From positions 18,542-82,541 of IMG/VR virus record IMGVR_UViG_3300022682_000042: a stretch of 64,000 nt of DNA; one strand, 5' to 3'. The DNA is from a virus. The position numbers were made by a program, and so were the translations under genes. The notes under the pieces were generated by a model. The model did no database searches, was not told the DNA's origin, and saw only the letters and a list, made by a program, of their open reading frames with translations. Below are positions 8,771-18,747 of this stretch, piece by piece. Numbering within the stretch: the first letter of the stretch is position 1; each line of letters opens with the position of its first letter.

Positions 8771-8991
8771 CGCTCAGGGTGATGGACGCCGGCAAGACTG
8801 GCGCTCCTCCACCCTGGGCCTTAGTCAAAGCCTGGTTGTGTCAGTTCTACGGCTGTACCCCCGGCCAACTGGCTCAGGAAGAGGCTGATGAAATTTTGCT
8901 ACTTTATAATTTGAGTGGAACCTATGAAGAGTGGCGCAAGAAAAGGCCCGGTTTTGGTGGCAATAAACCCAAAATCAGGAGGCTCGAATAG
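8761..8991 (+). CDS. Tail chaperone G-T extension via -1 frameshift at C CCA AAC
   Basis: X XXY YYZ heptamer at 8761-8767 just before the stop. The -1 frame is open into ORF 8779-8991. Confidence 0.75.
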   Translation, partial: PKLTLRVMDAGKTGAPPPWALVKAWLCQFYGCTPGQLAQEEADEILLLYNLSGTYEEWRKKRPGFGGNKPKIRRLE

Positions 8992-11918
8992 TGGCCCGTA
9001 ATGTCACCATCAGGTTCATCGGTAAAGATGAACTATCCCCCGTTGCCCAAAAGATAGGTAACAATATGTCCGGCCTGGGCAAACAGCTTGGGTCGGCTTC
9101 TTCTGAGGCATCTTCATCGACCGGTATATTCTCTAAATTAGGGTCGGCCATTGGTGGTATGGCTACTGTGGCCGGGGGGATTATTGCGGCCAATATTTTT
9201 GGCAATCTCGTTACTGGCTTAAAGGATTTTGCGGCGGCCGGCCTTCAGGCTGTCGGTGAAACCCAGATGCTTGAGCAACGGCTTAACTCCCTCTTTGCAG
9301 CTAACCTAATGTACGAACAACAAACAGTCACCACTACTGAGGCCATAACTAAATCAGCCGAAGCTATTGCCAAAGAACGGGAGGAGATGGAACGGAATGT
9401 GGCCAAGCGCGATACTCTGGCTGCCAAGATACAGGAACAACGTCAACGGGTTATAGACTTGACGGCAGCCTGGGGGGAACAGGGGTTGGCTACCAAAACA
9501 GCCCAGGCCAAACTTGGGGAGATGGAAGTTCAGTTATCCCAACTAGATGCCGAAATAGCCAGGGGGGTATCATCAGTTGATGATTTTGTAACTATCACCC
9601 AAACTCAATGGGTTCCTACCGGTAAAGATTTGGCTCAGACCCAGGCCGAAGCCAGGGTTGAGGCTGAAAAACTCCTCAAGGGTATTGAGGCCCTGGTCAA
9701 AGTTTCTCCCTTCCCTACAACTGAAATTCAGACTATCGGGGCCTACGGGGTTCAGATGGGGATGACAGCCGATGAGGCCCTGGAATTTACTACCACGATG
9801 ACCAACTTGGGCCTGGCCCTGGGTCTACCAGCGCACGAAGTGGTCAGAATGTCTCAAAACCTGAAACAGATGCAGGGGATGAGTAAACTAACTACTATTG
9901 ATATGCGGGAGATGGAACGCCGGGGTTTTGATCTGGCCAAAGTCTTACAAATTGAAATGGGGATGTCGGTTGAGGAGTTTAATGCCGAACTTGCCCGGTC
10001 CCCGGAAAAGTTCAACGAGCTTATTTCAGCCATCAATACCTTTTCTCAAAACACATTCGGGGATGTTATTACCCAGATGAACCAAACCTTACCGGCCATG
10101 TATGGTCGGCTCAAGGATACGTTTGTTTTAGGGGCCAGAGACTTGTTACGGCCCATAGTCGAAGCTGTAACCCCGTTTGCCTCAGATTTTATAGATGAGT
10201 TCGATAGTCAAATGACTACCTTAATGCCTGCCATCGGGGAACAGATAGCCGGTTATCTGGTAACCGGCCTGCAACTAGGACAGACCGGTCAACTCGGACC
10301 AGCTATAGCTCAAATTCTATCTGACGGGTGGACTAACTATGTTTTGCCGGTCCTACAAACCTGGACAGAGACATTTTTTCAGTGGGTAGTGACAACGGTT
10401 CAGGAATTACCTACTCAATTATCAACTTTGGTATCCGGTATTACCGAATATTTTTCCGGGTCCGGGGCCGAACTGCAAACCTCGGTTCATACCTGGGTCC
10501 AGGCATTTTGGTCCTGGGTACAGGAGGCCGGAGCGCAGTTAGGTCAGGTCTTGGGGGCCTTGTTAGGTCAGATATTCAATTGGGCCTCAAGTGGGGAAAC
10601 CCAAACCCAACTTAACGAAATGGGCTTTGTTTTGGGACAACGGTTAGTAGATGGTTTGGCTCAATTAGTCGAGGACCAGGCGGCCCTAATTGATATTATG
10701 TCGAAATTGGTAGCCGGTTTGGGAATAGCAGTTGGGGCTATCGGTGGGGCCTTGATAATGGTTGGGGGCCAGATTGTGGCCGGTATCATCTCCGGTATTC
10801 TGGAAAAATTGGGGGTAGACCTCAAGCCGGCCTTAGTTAGTGACCTGGGAAATATTTTTTCCGGTATGGCCGAAAACATTAAAATCATTGCCAAAGTCAT
10901 CGGAACTAATATTGTCGAGGGCATCAAGACCGGGATAACCGATGCCAAAGACAAAGTAACTACGGCCATAACTGACATAGCTACCGGGGCCTTGGATACC
11001 ATCAAAGATGTTCTGGGTATTGGCAGTCCGGCCAAAGCCTTTATTGACATCGGCCTGAATATTATGGAGGGGCTGGCCGGGGGTATTACTGAGAATATAG
11101 GCAAGGTTCTGGGAGCGCTTGGGTCAGTCGGTAAGTCTCTTCTGGGGGGCCTATTCGGGGGGGATGATGAAGGGTCAAGCCTGGACCTGGGGGACCTGTT
11201 AATGAACTTGGTAACCGGTATCCCGGAGGCCATAGAGAACCTAAAGATCGGCTTTACCGAACTGTGGACGATATTGAATGAACAAGTAGTTGGCCTGGTA
11301 ATAGAACAGGCTCTTGTTCCCCTGGTAGCTTTATTAGTACAACTGTATACGGTCCATATTCCTACCCTACAAACAGTTTGGACGGCAGCCAACGAAGCCA
11401 TCACTTCATCGACGTTCCCGGTCCATGATGCCATCCGACTTATTATTACCTTATTGGGTCAAGCCTCACAAGCGGTCAAACAGTTGGCCCTGGATTTTAA
11501 GGCGGCTATGGATGACATTGCCGATTCGATGGAAGATGCCGCCGATGGTATTGGGGAATTAGTAGACCGGATAGATGAGGCCACTGAGGCATTTAGGAAA
11601 ATGGCCGAGGCAGCCAAGGAAGCGGCAGGGGCCTCGGAGGCTGCCGGGTCTACGGCCCCCGGTGGGGCCGGGTTCCAACACGGTACGGGCCTGTCAGGGT
11701 TCCGGGTTCCGGGGCCTGGGGGCCGGCCTTTCCCCTTGACGGTTCATGGCGGCGAGATGGTTGAGGTAATGCCGGCCGGGGCAGCCAGACAGGCCCGGCG
11801 GAGTGGGGATGGTGGGGGTAATACCTGGAATGTGACTATTAACGCTACGGAGTCGGTTGGGGGAGTTCAACATTCTTTGATGACGCTGATGGCGCTTGTT
11901 GGTTCCTCTTCTGGATGA
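8991..11918 (+). CDS. Tape measure protein
   Basis: 975 aa, helical and Ala/Gly-rich with Trp-spaced repeats. GIGSPAKAF and C-terminal VHGGEMVEVMP motifs. Confidence 0.9.
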   Translation: MARNVTIRFIGKDELSPVAQKIGNNMSGLGKQLGSASSEASSSTGIFSKLGSAIGGMATVAGGIIAANIFGNLVTGLKDFAAAGLQAVGETQMLEQRLNSLFAANLMYEQQTVTTTEAITKSAEAIAKEREEMERNVAKRDTLAAKIQEQRQRVIDLTAAWGEQGLATKTAQAKLGEMEVQLSQLDAEIARGVSSVDDFVTITQTQWVPTGKDLAQTQAEARVEAEKLLKGIEALVKVSPFPTTEIQTIGAYGVQMGMTADEALEFTTTMTNLGLALGLPAHEVVRMSQNLKQMQGMSKLTTIDMREMERRGFDLAKVLQIEMGMSVEEFNAELARSPEKFNELISAINTFSQNTFGDVITQMNQTLPAMYGRLKDTFVLGARDLLRPIVEAVTPFASDFIDEFDSQMTTLMPAIGEQIAGYLVTGLQLGQTGQLGPAIAQILSDGWTNYVLPVLQTWTETFFQWVVTTVQELPTQLSTLVSGITEYFSGSGAELQTSVHTWVQAFWSWVQEAGAQLGQVLGALLGQIFNWASSGETQTQLNEMGFVLGQRLVDGLAQLVEDQAALIDIMSKLVAGLGIAVGAIGGALIMVGGQIVAGIISGILEKLGVDLKPALVSDLGNIFSGMAENIKIIAKVIGTNIVEGIKTGITDAKDKVTTAITDIATGALDTIKDVLGIGSPAKAFIDIGLNIMEGLAGGITENIGKVLGALGSVGKSLLGGLFGGDDEGSSLDLGDLLMNLVTGIPEAIENLKIGFTELWTILNEQVVGLVIEQALVPLVALLVQLYTVHIPTLQTVWTAANEAITSSTFPVHDAIRLIITLLGQASQAVKQLALDFKAAMDDIADSMEDAADGIGELVDRIDEATEAFRKMAEAAKEAAGASEAAGSTAPGGAGFQHGTGLSGFRVPGPGGRPFPLTVHGGEMVEVMPAGAARQARRSGDGGGNTWNVTINATESVGGVQHSLMTLMALVGSSSG

Positions 11919-12004
11919 TTTGAATATCCCATAGGTAATCTTGCTTAGTATGGTAAAGTATGGTATAATTACCTTACTATACTATAACACTAAAGGAGAT
12001 TACC

Positions 12005-12529
12005 ATGAGTGATTATATTTTGTTAAGTGCTTTAGCCGATGAATTGGGGATGTGGAAAAGTAACTTAAGAAAATACATTTTATCAAACGGAATTTCATTT
12101 CAAAAAATAAGAACCCCAGAAACAAGAAATCAATTAGCCTTAGCCTTAACTGAGAATGATGCCAATTTAGTCCGGCAACTAAGAGAACAAGGTGGATTTG
12201 GCACGAAAAAACCTATTCCTTCTGATAAAAACGGGGATGGGTTTTTTTATATCATCCAAATTGTTCCAGACCTTGACCCATTACGGGTAAAGCTTGGCTT
12301 TTCATCTAACGTTGAGGGACGTTTACAGGCCCATCGAACTGCGGCCCCTACTGCCAAATTGGCTAAGTCTTGGCCCTGTCGTCGTAGTTGGGAAATAGCA
12401 GCTATGGCAAGTATAACTAAAGACGGCTGTGAGTTGATTGCCAATGAGGTTTATATATGTAAGGATGTTGACAAACTCACAAGTAACGGTGATAAGTTCT
12501 TTGAAATTATGCCAGAAGTTAATTTTTAA
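12005..12529 (+). CDS. T5orf172/GIY-YIG-like domain protein (inserted gene)
   Basis: GFFYIIQ..RVKLGFSSNVEGRLQAH. AT-rich, with its own promoter (~11941-11969) and downstream terminator. Confidence 0.6.
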   Translation: MSDYILLSALADELGMWKSNLRKYILSNGISFQKIRTPETRNQLALALTENDANLVRQLREQGGFGTKKPIPSDKNGDGFFYIIQIVPDLDPLRVKLGFSSNVEGRLQAHRTAAPTAKLAKSWPCRRSWEIAAMASITKDGCELIANEVYICKDVDKLTSNGDKFFEIMPEVNF

Positions 12530-12595
12530 GGCTATTGTACTGTTCTCTATTTTGTGATAAAATGAGGTTACAGGCAATCAAAAAATAATAATTTG

Positions 12596-12632
12596 AAAAA
12601 GCGGTGGGACCGCCCAGGCCCTACCGCTTTTT
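12596..12632 (+). terminator. Rho-independent terminator
   Basis: AAAAAGCGGTGGG..CCCTACCGCTTTTT. Confidence 0.6.
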
Positions 12633-12645
12633 TATTGGAGTAACT

Positions 12646-14571
12646 ATGGGTGATTGGAAAGTTATCCAAAATGGAAGTCAGCTTGATTTTGCTGACAATT
12701 TTGGCTTTAGAATATCGCAGGCCCCTGGAACCGGCTTTAGTCCGGTTGAAAATATTTATGTCGATTACGGCCTACTTGACGGGGGCCTCTTCCAGCGTAC
12801 CCGGACCGGGGTCAAGTCATTTAGCCTGGTAGGGACTATCTCCGGTTCAAGCGTGGCCGGCCTGTTGGGGAATCGGCGGGCCTTAATTGATGCCGTCAAG
12901 CCTGACCGGACCAGCCCTCAAGAGCCGGTGGTTATCCAATATACCGGGGGGGCCTCAACCTTGCAGGCCAGCGCCTATTATGATGGGGGCCTTGAATTAG
13001 GTAATGTGGAAAGTTTTCACGAGCCCAGGGTGGCTCTGAACTTTTTGCAATTTGATCCGTATTGGGAGGTGGCGGCTAGTGATGGGGCGGTAGTTAACAA
13101 TACAACTTCATTGGGCAACCAGGAAATAGTTACAGCTTCGTATTTTTTAGAAAGGCAAATAACGGGTCAATGGACAGTACCTGGCTCTATCGGTTGGTCT
13201 GGGGTTCCTGGTACTACGTCCAAGACATTATACGACCCTAGTGGGCGATTATATTTGGGCGCACCAGATGATGTTTTCGGTGGGTCAAATACTGGACCGA
13301 TTGTATATCTTGAAAATAACCAATGGACAGCAATCTCAGCGTGTACCGGAGGAATTTTCTCAGATATGGCTTTGGGGCCTAATAGACTTTATGCCTTGAA
13401 CATTAGAGACCATGCAGACCAGACTCAAAATGTCTGCTCCTGGATATTTGGGTCAGCCAGTATTTTTACGGTAGGAGCCAGTAGCGGACAAACATGGACA
13501 AATACGCCTAGGAATATACTTGTCGAAAAAAATAACAGCATTTTTATGACAGGTAATTTAACCGCTGTTGGTAGTAATACGGCTTGTGGTATTGCCTGGT
13601 TTGATGGAACCGAATGGTGGGGAGATACTGAATTTGATGGGGGAGCAAGTTTGGCGCAAACATATCCATTAGAGGATATAAAAAAAGGGGGGGATGGTAG
13701 ATATTATGTAATTTTACCAGAAAATATAGATGCTGTTGGGTCTGCCGTTGAAGTGTCTGCCTGTGGGTTAGCAGCCTGGGACCGGTCTGCCAGTCGTTGG
13801 TATGGGGTTTCATCCTCCCCGACCGAATGGATTGGGGGAGGACTGGAAAGTATTGCAGTTGGCCTGGATGGTACAATGTATTTTGCCGGGGCCTGTGGTT
13901 TTGTTGGGTTAGGAAGTGGCTGTACCGCTGTTGCTTATGACTATGAAAATGTTAGATTAGTCGGAGGTGGCCTGGGAGGTGGAAATAGCCAGGTTAATGC
14001 CCTGAAGGTCGATGCAAATAATAATCTACATGCTGTAGGTCAAGGGAATATTTTACCGGTAGGTTATTCGGCCTCAAACCAATATTGGGTCTGGAATGGG
14101 TATAGTTGGAATGTTGGGGGAGGGGCTATTCTTTTTAATGACAATCTTTATGATATTGACATATACAATGATAACAACGACAAAAGAACAGCTATCGTAG
14201 GTAACTTTACATCGGCTAGTTGTTGTTCTTATACAAAAATCACAAATAACGGTACGTCTAATGCTTACCCCGTCATTACTGCCAGTGGACCAGGAAAATG
14301 GTACTCAATTGAGAATCATACTACAAATCAAACTATCTTAATAGATTATACATTGGCAACTGGTGAGACTGCATCGTTAGACCTTAGACCAGGACAGAAA
14401 ACATTTATCAGTGATTTTAATGGTAATATATTGTCTAATATTCGGCCTGAATCAGATATATCTAATTTTTATTTGGCCCCCGGAGACAACAATATTACTA
14501 TTTTTATAAATGATGAATCCGCCAGTTCTAACATTGAGTGGGTAACTCGCTCCTGGTCAATAGATTTATAA
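12646..14571 (+). CDS. Distal tail protein (Dit) with an inserted beta-propeller-like domain
   Basis: N-terminal Dit segment to FDPYW and C-terminal NNGTSNAYPVITASGPG..LAPGDNNI flank a ~390 aa Gly/Trp-rich insert. Confidence 0.75.
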   Translation: MGDWKVIQNGSQLDFADNFGFRISQAPGTGFSPVENIYVDYGLLDGGLFQRTRTGVKSFSLVGTISGSSVAGLLGNRRALIDAVKPDRTSPQEPVVIQYTGGASTLQASAYYDGGLELGNVESFHEPRVALNFLQFDPYWEVAASDGAVVNNTTSLGNQEIVTASYFLERQITGQWTVPGSIGWSGVPGTTSKTLYDPSGRLYLGAPDDVFGGSNTGPIVYLENNQWTAISACTGGIFSDMALGPNRLYALNIRDHADQTQNVCSWIFGSASIFTVGASSGQTWTNTPRNILVEKNNSIFMTGNLTAVGSNTACGIAWFDGTEWWGDTEFDGGASLAQTYPLEDIKKGGDGRYYVILPENIDAVGSAVEVSACGLAAWDRSASRWYGVSSSPTEWIGGGLESIAVGLDGTMYFAGACGFVGLGSGCTAVAYDYENVRLVGGGLGGGNSQVNALKVDANNNLHAVGQGNILPVGYSASNQYWVWNGYSWNVGGGAILFNDNLYDIDIYNDNNDKRTAIVGNFTSASCCSYTKITNNGTSNAYPVITASGPGKWYSIENHTTNQTILIDYTLATGETASLDLRPGQKTFISDFNGNILSNIRPESDISNFYLAPGDNNITIFINDESASSNIEWVTRSWSIDL

Positions 14572-14572
14572 A

Positions 14573-15688
14573 ATGCCTGTCAATTATTCTGTCTCCTTAC
14601 TCAACCCAATAGGCGAACAGCTTGACCTATTAGATGACTGGCTTACCCTGTCTTATACCCGGTCTGTCAACGATGTTGGGGTGCTGGAGCTGGTCCTGGA
14701 TGGTAACTATTCCCCTTTTGCTAACCTCAAACTTGATGGCCGGTTAGTGGTTTGGCGTAATGCCGGAGGCCGGTCTTATGCCGACACTGATACAGTATTT
14801 CTTATCCGACAAATAGAACGGACCTTATCCAGTTCAGGCCAACGAACGATAACAGTAGTGGGCCTGTCGGCCGTTGAACTACTTAGGCGACGCATTGTAG
14901 CCTATGACGCCGGGTCCTCTCAGGCCAGTAAGTCAGATTTGGCCGATGACTTGCTGAAAGAGATTGTAGCCGAAAACCTGGGTAGCTCGGCCACAGATAG
15001 CAACCGGGATATCTCAACCTATCTGGATATTGAGGCCGATGTCAGTTTGGGGCCAACGGTCACGACTGACTTTGCTAGAGACAATGTTTTGTCTGTCTGT
15101 CAGGAAATAAGTCAGTCTACAATTCAGGCCGGTAGTCCGGTTTATTTTGATGTAGTGGCCCCTACTCAATCCACCCTTGAGTTCAGGACGTTCCGGGGCC
15201 AACGAGGGCTTGACCACACGTTTCCAAGCGGAACAAACCCGGTGGTATTATCCCCGGACCGGGGAAACCTGGTCAATGTTAGACGAACCTATGATTGGTC
15301 TGATGAGGTTACTTTTGCCTATGTTGGAGGGCAGGGGTTAGAGAGTGACCGGGATGTGCAGTCGGCCTCAAGCGGGGACCGGATAGCCAACAGTCCTTTA
15401 AACCGGCGGGAACGATTTGTGAGTTATTCTCAGGCTACCAGTGGGTCAGCGGCTTTGGTCAATCAGGCTGAGGCAGCTTTACGGGAAGGCCGACCCAAAC
15501 GGTCCTTTGTAGGAGAATTGGTCAACGTACCGGGGGCTACTGAATACGGGGTTCATTGGAAGTTCGGGGATTTGGTAACGGCCCAATTCGAGGGGGAAAG
15601 TGTTGACTGTATGGTTGAGGCTGTTCAGGTGAGCTTTGTCCGGGGCCGGGAAAGCATCAATGCCAAATTACGGGTAGTGGAGGACTGA
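14573..15688 (+). CDS. Siphovirus ReqiPepy6 Gp37-like tail/hub protein
   Basis: LSYTRSVNDVGVLEL, YVGGQGLESDR, RRERFV and YGVHWKFGDLVT motifs. Confidence 0.75.
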   Translation: MPVNYSVSLLNPIGEQLDLLDDWLTLSYTRSVNDVGVLELVLDGNYSPFANLKLDGRLVVWRNAGGRSYADTDTVFLIRQIERTLSSSGQRTITVVGLSAVELLRRRIVAYDAGSSQASKSDLADDLLKEIVAENLGSSATDSNRDISTYLDIEADVSLGPTVTTDFARDNVLSVCQEISQSTIQAGSPVYFDVVAPTQSTLEFRTFRGQRGLDHTFPSGTNPVVLSPDRGNLVNVRRTYDWSDEVTFAYVGGQGLESDRDVQSASSGDRIANSPLNRRERFVSYSQATSGSAALVNQAEAALREGRPKRSFVGELVNVPGATEYGVHWKFGDLVTAQFEGESVDCMVEAVQVSFVRGRESINAKLRVVED

Positions 15689-16302
15689 TGAGCTTTGAGC
15701 AGGAAGTAGCCGAGGTTTTGGTCAATCTAAGGCGACGGGTTGAACGGCTGGAAATTCAAGAAAGTAGTGGGTCTGGGGCAATACAACTCATTGCCGAAAC
15801 AGAACTAACAGCTGATACTGCTATTGTATCATTAACATCTATCCCTGATAGTTACCGTGGATTGATTGTGACTGGACAATTCAGAACTACTCGTTCTAAT
15901 GATAATGACACTATTGATTTCCGTTTCAATGGTTCGTCAGCTACTAATTATGATTATTTTTCCACAGCGTTTCGAGGTGATTCGGCCACAGTTTATAACT
16001 CAGGTTCTGGAGTCACAGAAATATCGACAGTATTTAACTGTGAAGGTGGAACGGCGTGTGATTCAAATTTTACTCCGGCTTTGGGATATATTTTAGGATA
16101 TGCAGAAACAAATAGGCAAAAACAAATTTTCTCTGTTTTTTCTGGTAGGTTTGGGGATACTACCAGCAATACAGATTTTTTGTATAGGCAAACAATGGGT
16201 CGATGGAGATCGTCAGATGCTATTACCCAAATTGATATGTTCTCAACCAATGGTTGCAATATTGCAGCCTCATCTATTGTTCAGCTATATGGGATACTTT
16301 GA
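15688..16302 (+). CDS. Tail tip/fibre protein
   Basis: N-terminal coiled coil (LRRRVERLE), then IPDSYRGL..FNG..AITQIDMF..VQLYGI beta domain. Confidence 0.6.
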   Translation: MSFEQEVAEVLVNLRRRVERLEIQESSGSGAIQLIAETELTADTAIVSLTSIPDSYRGLIVTGQFRTTRSNDNDTIDFRFNGSSATNYDYFSTAFRGDSATVYNSGSGVTEISTVFNCEGGTACDSNFTPALGYILGYAETNRQKQIFSVFSGRFGDTTSNTDFLYRQTMGRWRSSDAITQIDMFSTNGCNIAASSIVQLYGIL

Positions 16303-16619
16303 TGGCTGACAAAGTGATAATTGTTGGAAAAAACATAACAAGAGTTCCATTGTCTGCTGACGAAGAGCAAATCATTGCTGACCGCGCCATTAATGTACCA
16401 CAAGCCGAAGCTGACCGTCTTGCAATATTAAACGCCTGGAAAGTCTGGCTAGGTAATCACCCCGCAGTTCTAAATGTTTTACGAATGACCCCCGATGAAA
16501 TTGAGGCAGAACTGGCCACCTACGATATAACCCAACTCCGGGCTGTTATTACCGCCCAGGCCGTTATTTTGGCCGGTCTGACCAGGGCTGTATTGGCCGA
16601 TATCCAAGATAATTCTTGA
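16302..16619 (+). CDS. Hypothetical tail-module protein
   Basis: 105 aa; translationally coupled (TGATG). Confidence 0.55.
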   Translation: MADKVIIVGKNITRVPLSADEEQIIADRAINVPQAEADRLAILNAWKVWLGNHPAVLNVLRMTPDEIEAELATYDITQLRAVITAQAVILAGLTRAVLADIQDNS

Positions 16620-16644
16620 CAAGTATTTTAGGTTGTAGTATAAT
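16616..16644 (+). promoter_or_regulatory. Consensus sigma70 promoter for the replication operon
   Basis: TTGACA-17-TATAAT. Confidence 0.8.
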
Positions 16645-16694
16645 ATCCTTGTCTATGTTAATCGTTTTAATTAACAGTCAAGGAGAATAGAAAA

Positions 16695-17522
16695 ATGTCT
16701 GACAGTTTTTTCGATCAAGATTTTGGTTATGTGCCGGAGGACCAGGCCGAGGCCGTTCTACCTCCCCTTATTCAGTGGCGGCGGGGAGACCTGCAAAACG
16801 AGGATGAGCGACTCAAGGCCGGTTGTTTTCAATTGCCGGTCGAGCGGTATGGCCTCGATGATGTTGACCCGGTAGATGTTCTTCACGGGTCAAAGACCAT
16901 CCCCAGTTATCTTTTTAAGGGCCTTCACGTGGCTGTCATCGGTTGGCGTAAGGACTGGTTTACCGGCCGGGGTGAGGATATGCGCCGGGTAACGACCTAT
17001 GACCCCAACGTACGGGCCTGGAGCCGGACTCAAGCCTGGGTCCTGGTCAAGCAGTTGGGCAATGCTCAGTTTATGCTGACTTTCAGCCGGTCAAACTCAA
17101 TGGGTTTTGAAGACGCCCTGAACCAATTCCGGCAAACGGTTATCGGCCCGGCCAGCCAGAAGGCCCGACGAGCTTTCCCGGTCTATTCCTTCTGGATGCC
17201 GGTTGGGGTTGGTGATGTCCGGGAATTCAAAGAACAAGGGACCTATGCCACCCCGCCGAAACTCTACTTGACCCCGCCGGTCAAAGAAGAGACCCTCAAG
17301 GATTTGTACATCGGTCCTGATTTGGTAGGGGTTTGCAAAGAGCTTTATCCCCAAGTTAAGGTCTGGGCCGAACGGAAATATGGCAAAGATGAGGTTACCG
17401 GTGACGATGAGGCCGAGTTCGATGATAACGGCCACAACCAGGCCGGGCCACCCCCGCCCCCGGAACCGCCGGCCAATGATGTAGCCCCGGTTTATGCCGG
17501 AGATGGCGAAATCCCGTTCTAA
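16695..17522 (+). CDS. Putative ssDNA-binding/recombination protein
   Basis: Strong RBS; acidic, Pro-rich tail ending DGEIPF, like an SSB tip. Confidence 0.55.
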   Translation: MSDSFFDQDFGYVPEDQAEAVLPPLIQWRRGDLQNEDERLKAGCFQLPVERYGLDDVDPVDVLHGSKTIPSYLFKGLHVAVIGWRKDWFTGRGEDMRRVTTYDPNVRAWSRTQAWVLVKQLGNAQFMLTFSRSNSMGFEDALNQFRQTVIGPASQKARRAFPVYSFWMPVGVGDVREFKEQGTYATPPKLYLTPPVKEETLKDLYIGPDLVGVCKELYPQVKVWAERKYGKDEVTGDDEAEFDDNGHNQAGPPPPPEPPANDVAPVYAGDGEIPF

Positions 17523-17584
17523 ACTGAATAACCGGGGGGAGGGTTGAGGCCCTCCCCCATTTTTTATCTTAAGGAGTCCATACA

Positions 17585-18373
17585 ATGACTGTACTATTTT
17601 TTGACATCGAAACGATAATCAGGCCCGAAGTCGAGGATGATGCCTGGGACTGGGCAGCCCAACGAACCCAACGGTTCGATACGGCTGTGGCCCTCGGTAA
17701 CAAAGAAGAAGAGGAAGCCGTCAAGCAGTTGGCCGGAACTACCCCGGAGTGGATACAGGTAGTGGGCCTGTCTGTAGCCCGTGATGAAGAGATGCCCCGA
17801 TCAGCCTGGGTGGGAGAACTACTGGAAGATGGCCGGGAAGTGACTGAACAATTCTTACTAGAATCCTTTTGGCAATTGTCCAGGGGACACAATAGCCGGC
17901 CTCCAACGTTGGTCAGCTTTAACGGGTCAGCCTTTGATCTTGATGTTATCCGGCTCCGGTCTGCCCTACTTGGGGTCAAGCCGGGCCGGGACCTGTCAGA
18001 CATTAAACCCTGGGACCGTGAAAGTCATATAGATACATTTAGCTTGAGATGGCCCAAGGCGACACGGGCCAGGATGGGCCTCAAGGATTTGGGGAAACGG
18101 CTGAACCTACCTTTGCCGCAATTTTTGCCAATTGGGATATCACAATTAGAAGGCGATTCAGTAAATACATTATATCAGGAAGCTTTAGAGACTAGGGATT
18201 TTAGTCTTTGTAAGGATTACGGCTTTCTGGACATCTACCTGACCCGTGAGTTCTACCGGGTAGGCCAGGGCTTTTGGTGGCCTCAACAGTTGAGCCGGTG
18301 GAGTGAGGCCGGGTTCCCCTATGACTATGAGGCCGGTAAGTGGGTTGAGGAAGTGCCGCCGGGGTGGGAATGA
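17585..18373 (+). CDS. DEDD 3'-5' exonuclease (PolB/DnaQ-like)
   Basis: FFDIET, SFNGSAFDL, HIDT and YGFLDI motifs. Confidence 0.8.
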   Translation: MTVLFFDIETIIRPEVEDDAWDWAAQRTQRFDTAVALGNKEEEEAVKQLAGTTPEWIQVVGLSVARDEEMPRSAWVGELLEDGREVTEQFLLESFWQLSRGHNSRPPTLVSFNGSAFDLDVIRLRSALLGVKPGRDLSDIKPWDRESHIDTFSLRWPKATRARMGLKDLGKRLNLPLPQFLPIGISQLEGDSVNTLYQEALETRDFSLCKDYGFLDIYLTREFYRVGQGFWWPQQLSRWSEAGFPYDYEAGKWVEEVPPGWE

Positions 18374-18747
18374 TGCAGGCTGTTATTGAAATCCCCGGCC
18401 AAGCAATGAGCCTTAAAAACTCAAAACAAATTATCAAGGCCGGAAAGTCCTGGCGACTTGTCCCATCAAAACCATACCGGCAATGGGCCGAGGCTGTTTT
18501 GTGGCAACTCAAGGTCAACGAGAATGTGAGCCGACAGTGGCGGTATCCTCTTCGGGTTAGCTTCCATTTTTACCGAAGAACCAGGCACCGGTTTGACTAT
18601 ATCAATTTAGCCCAGGGTCCTCTTGATTTGTTGGTAGAAGCTGGTATTATAGAGGATGATGATATGAGACACATCGTCCCCGGTGATTTCTCATGGTCAT
18701 TAGATAAGAATAACCCCCGCACTATTATCAAATTGGAGGAATTATGA
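18370..18747 (+). CDS. rusA: RusA-like Holliday junction resolvase
   Basis: SLKNS, RFDYINLAQGPLDLLVEAGIIEDDD and NPRT motifs. Confidence 0.75.
   Translation: MMQAVIEIPGQAMSLKNSKQIIKAGKSWRLVPSKPYRQWAEAVLWQLKVNENVSRQWRYPLRVSFHFYRRTRHRFDYINLAQGPLDLLVEAGIIEDDDMRHIVPGDFSWSLDKNNPRTIIKLEEL

Noticed and set aside
10661-11434. 257 aa minus-strand ORF
   Set aside because: Antisense shadow of the tape measure gene.
11920-11930. TTGAATATC matching the start of the predicted TnpB guide
   Set aside because: Only 9 nt match and no TTCAT upstream; consistent with chance.
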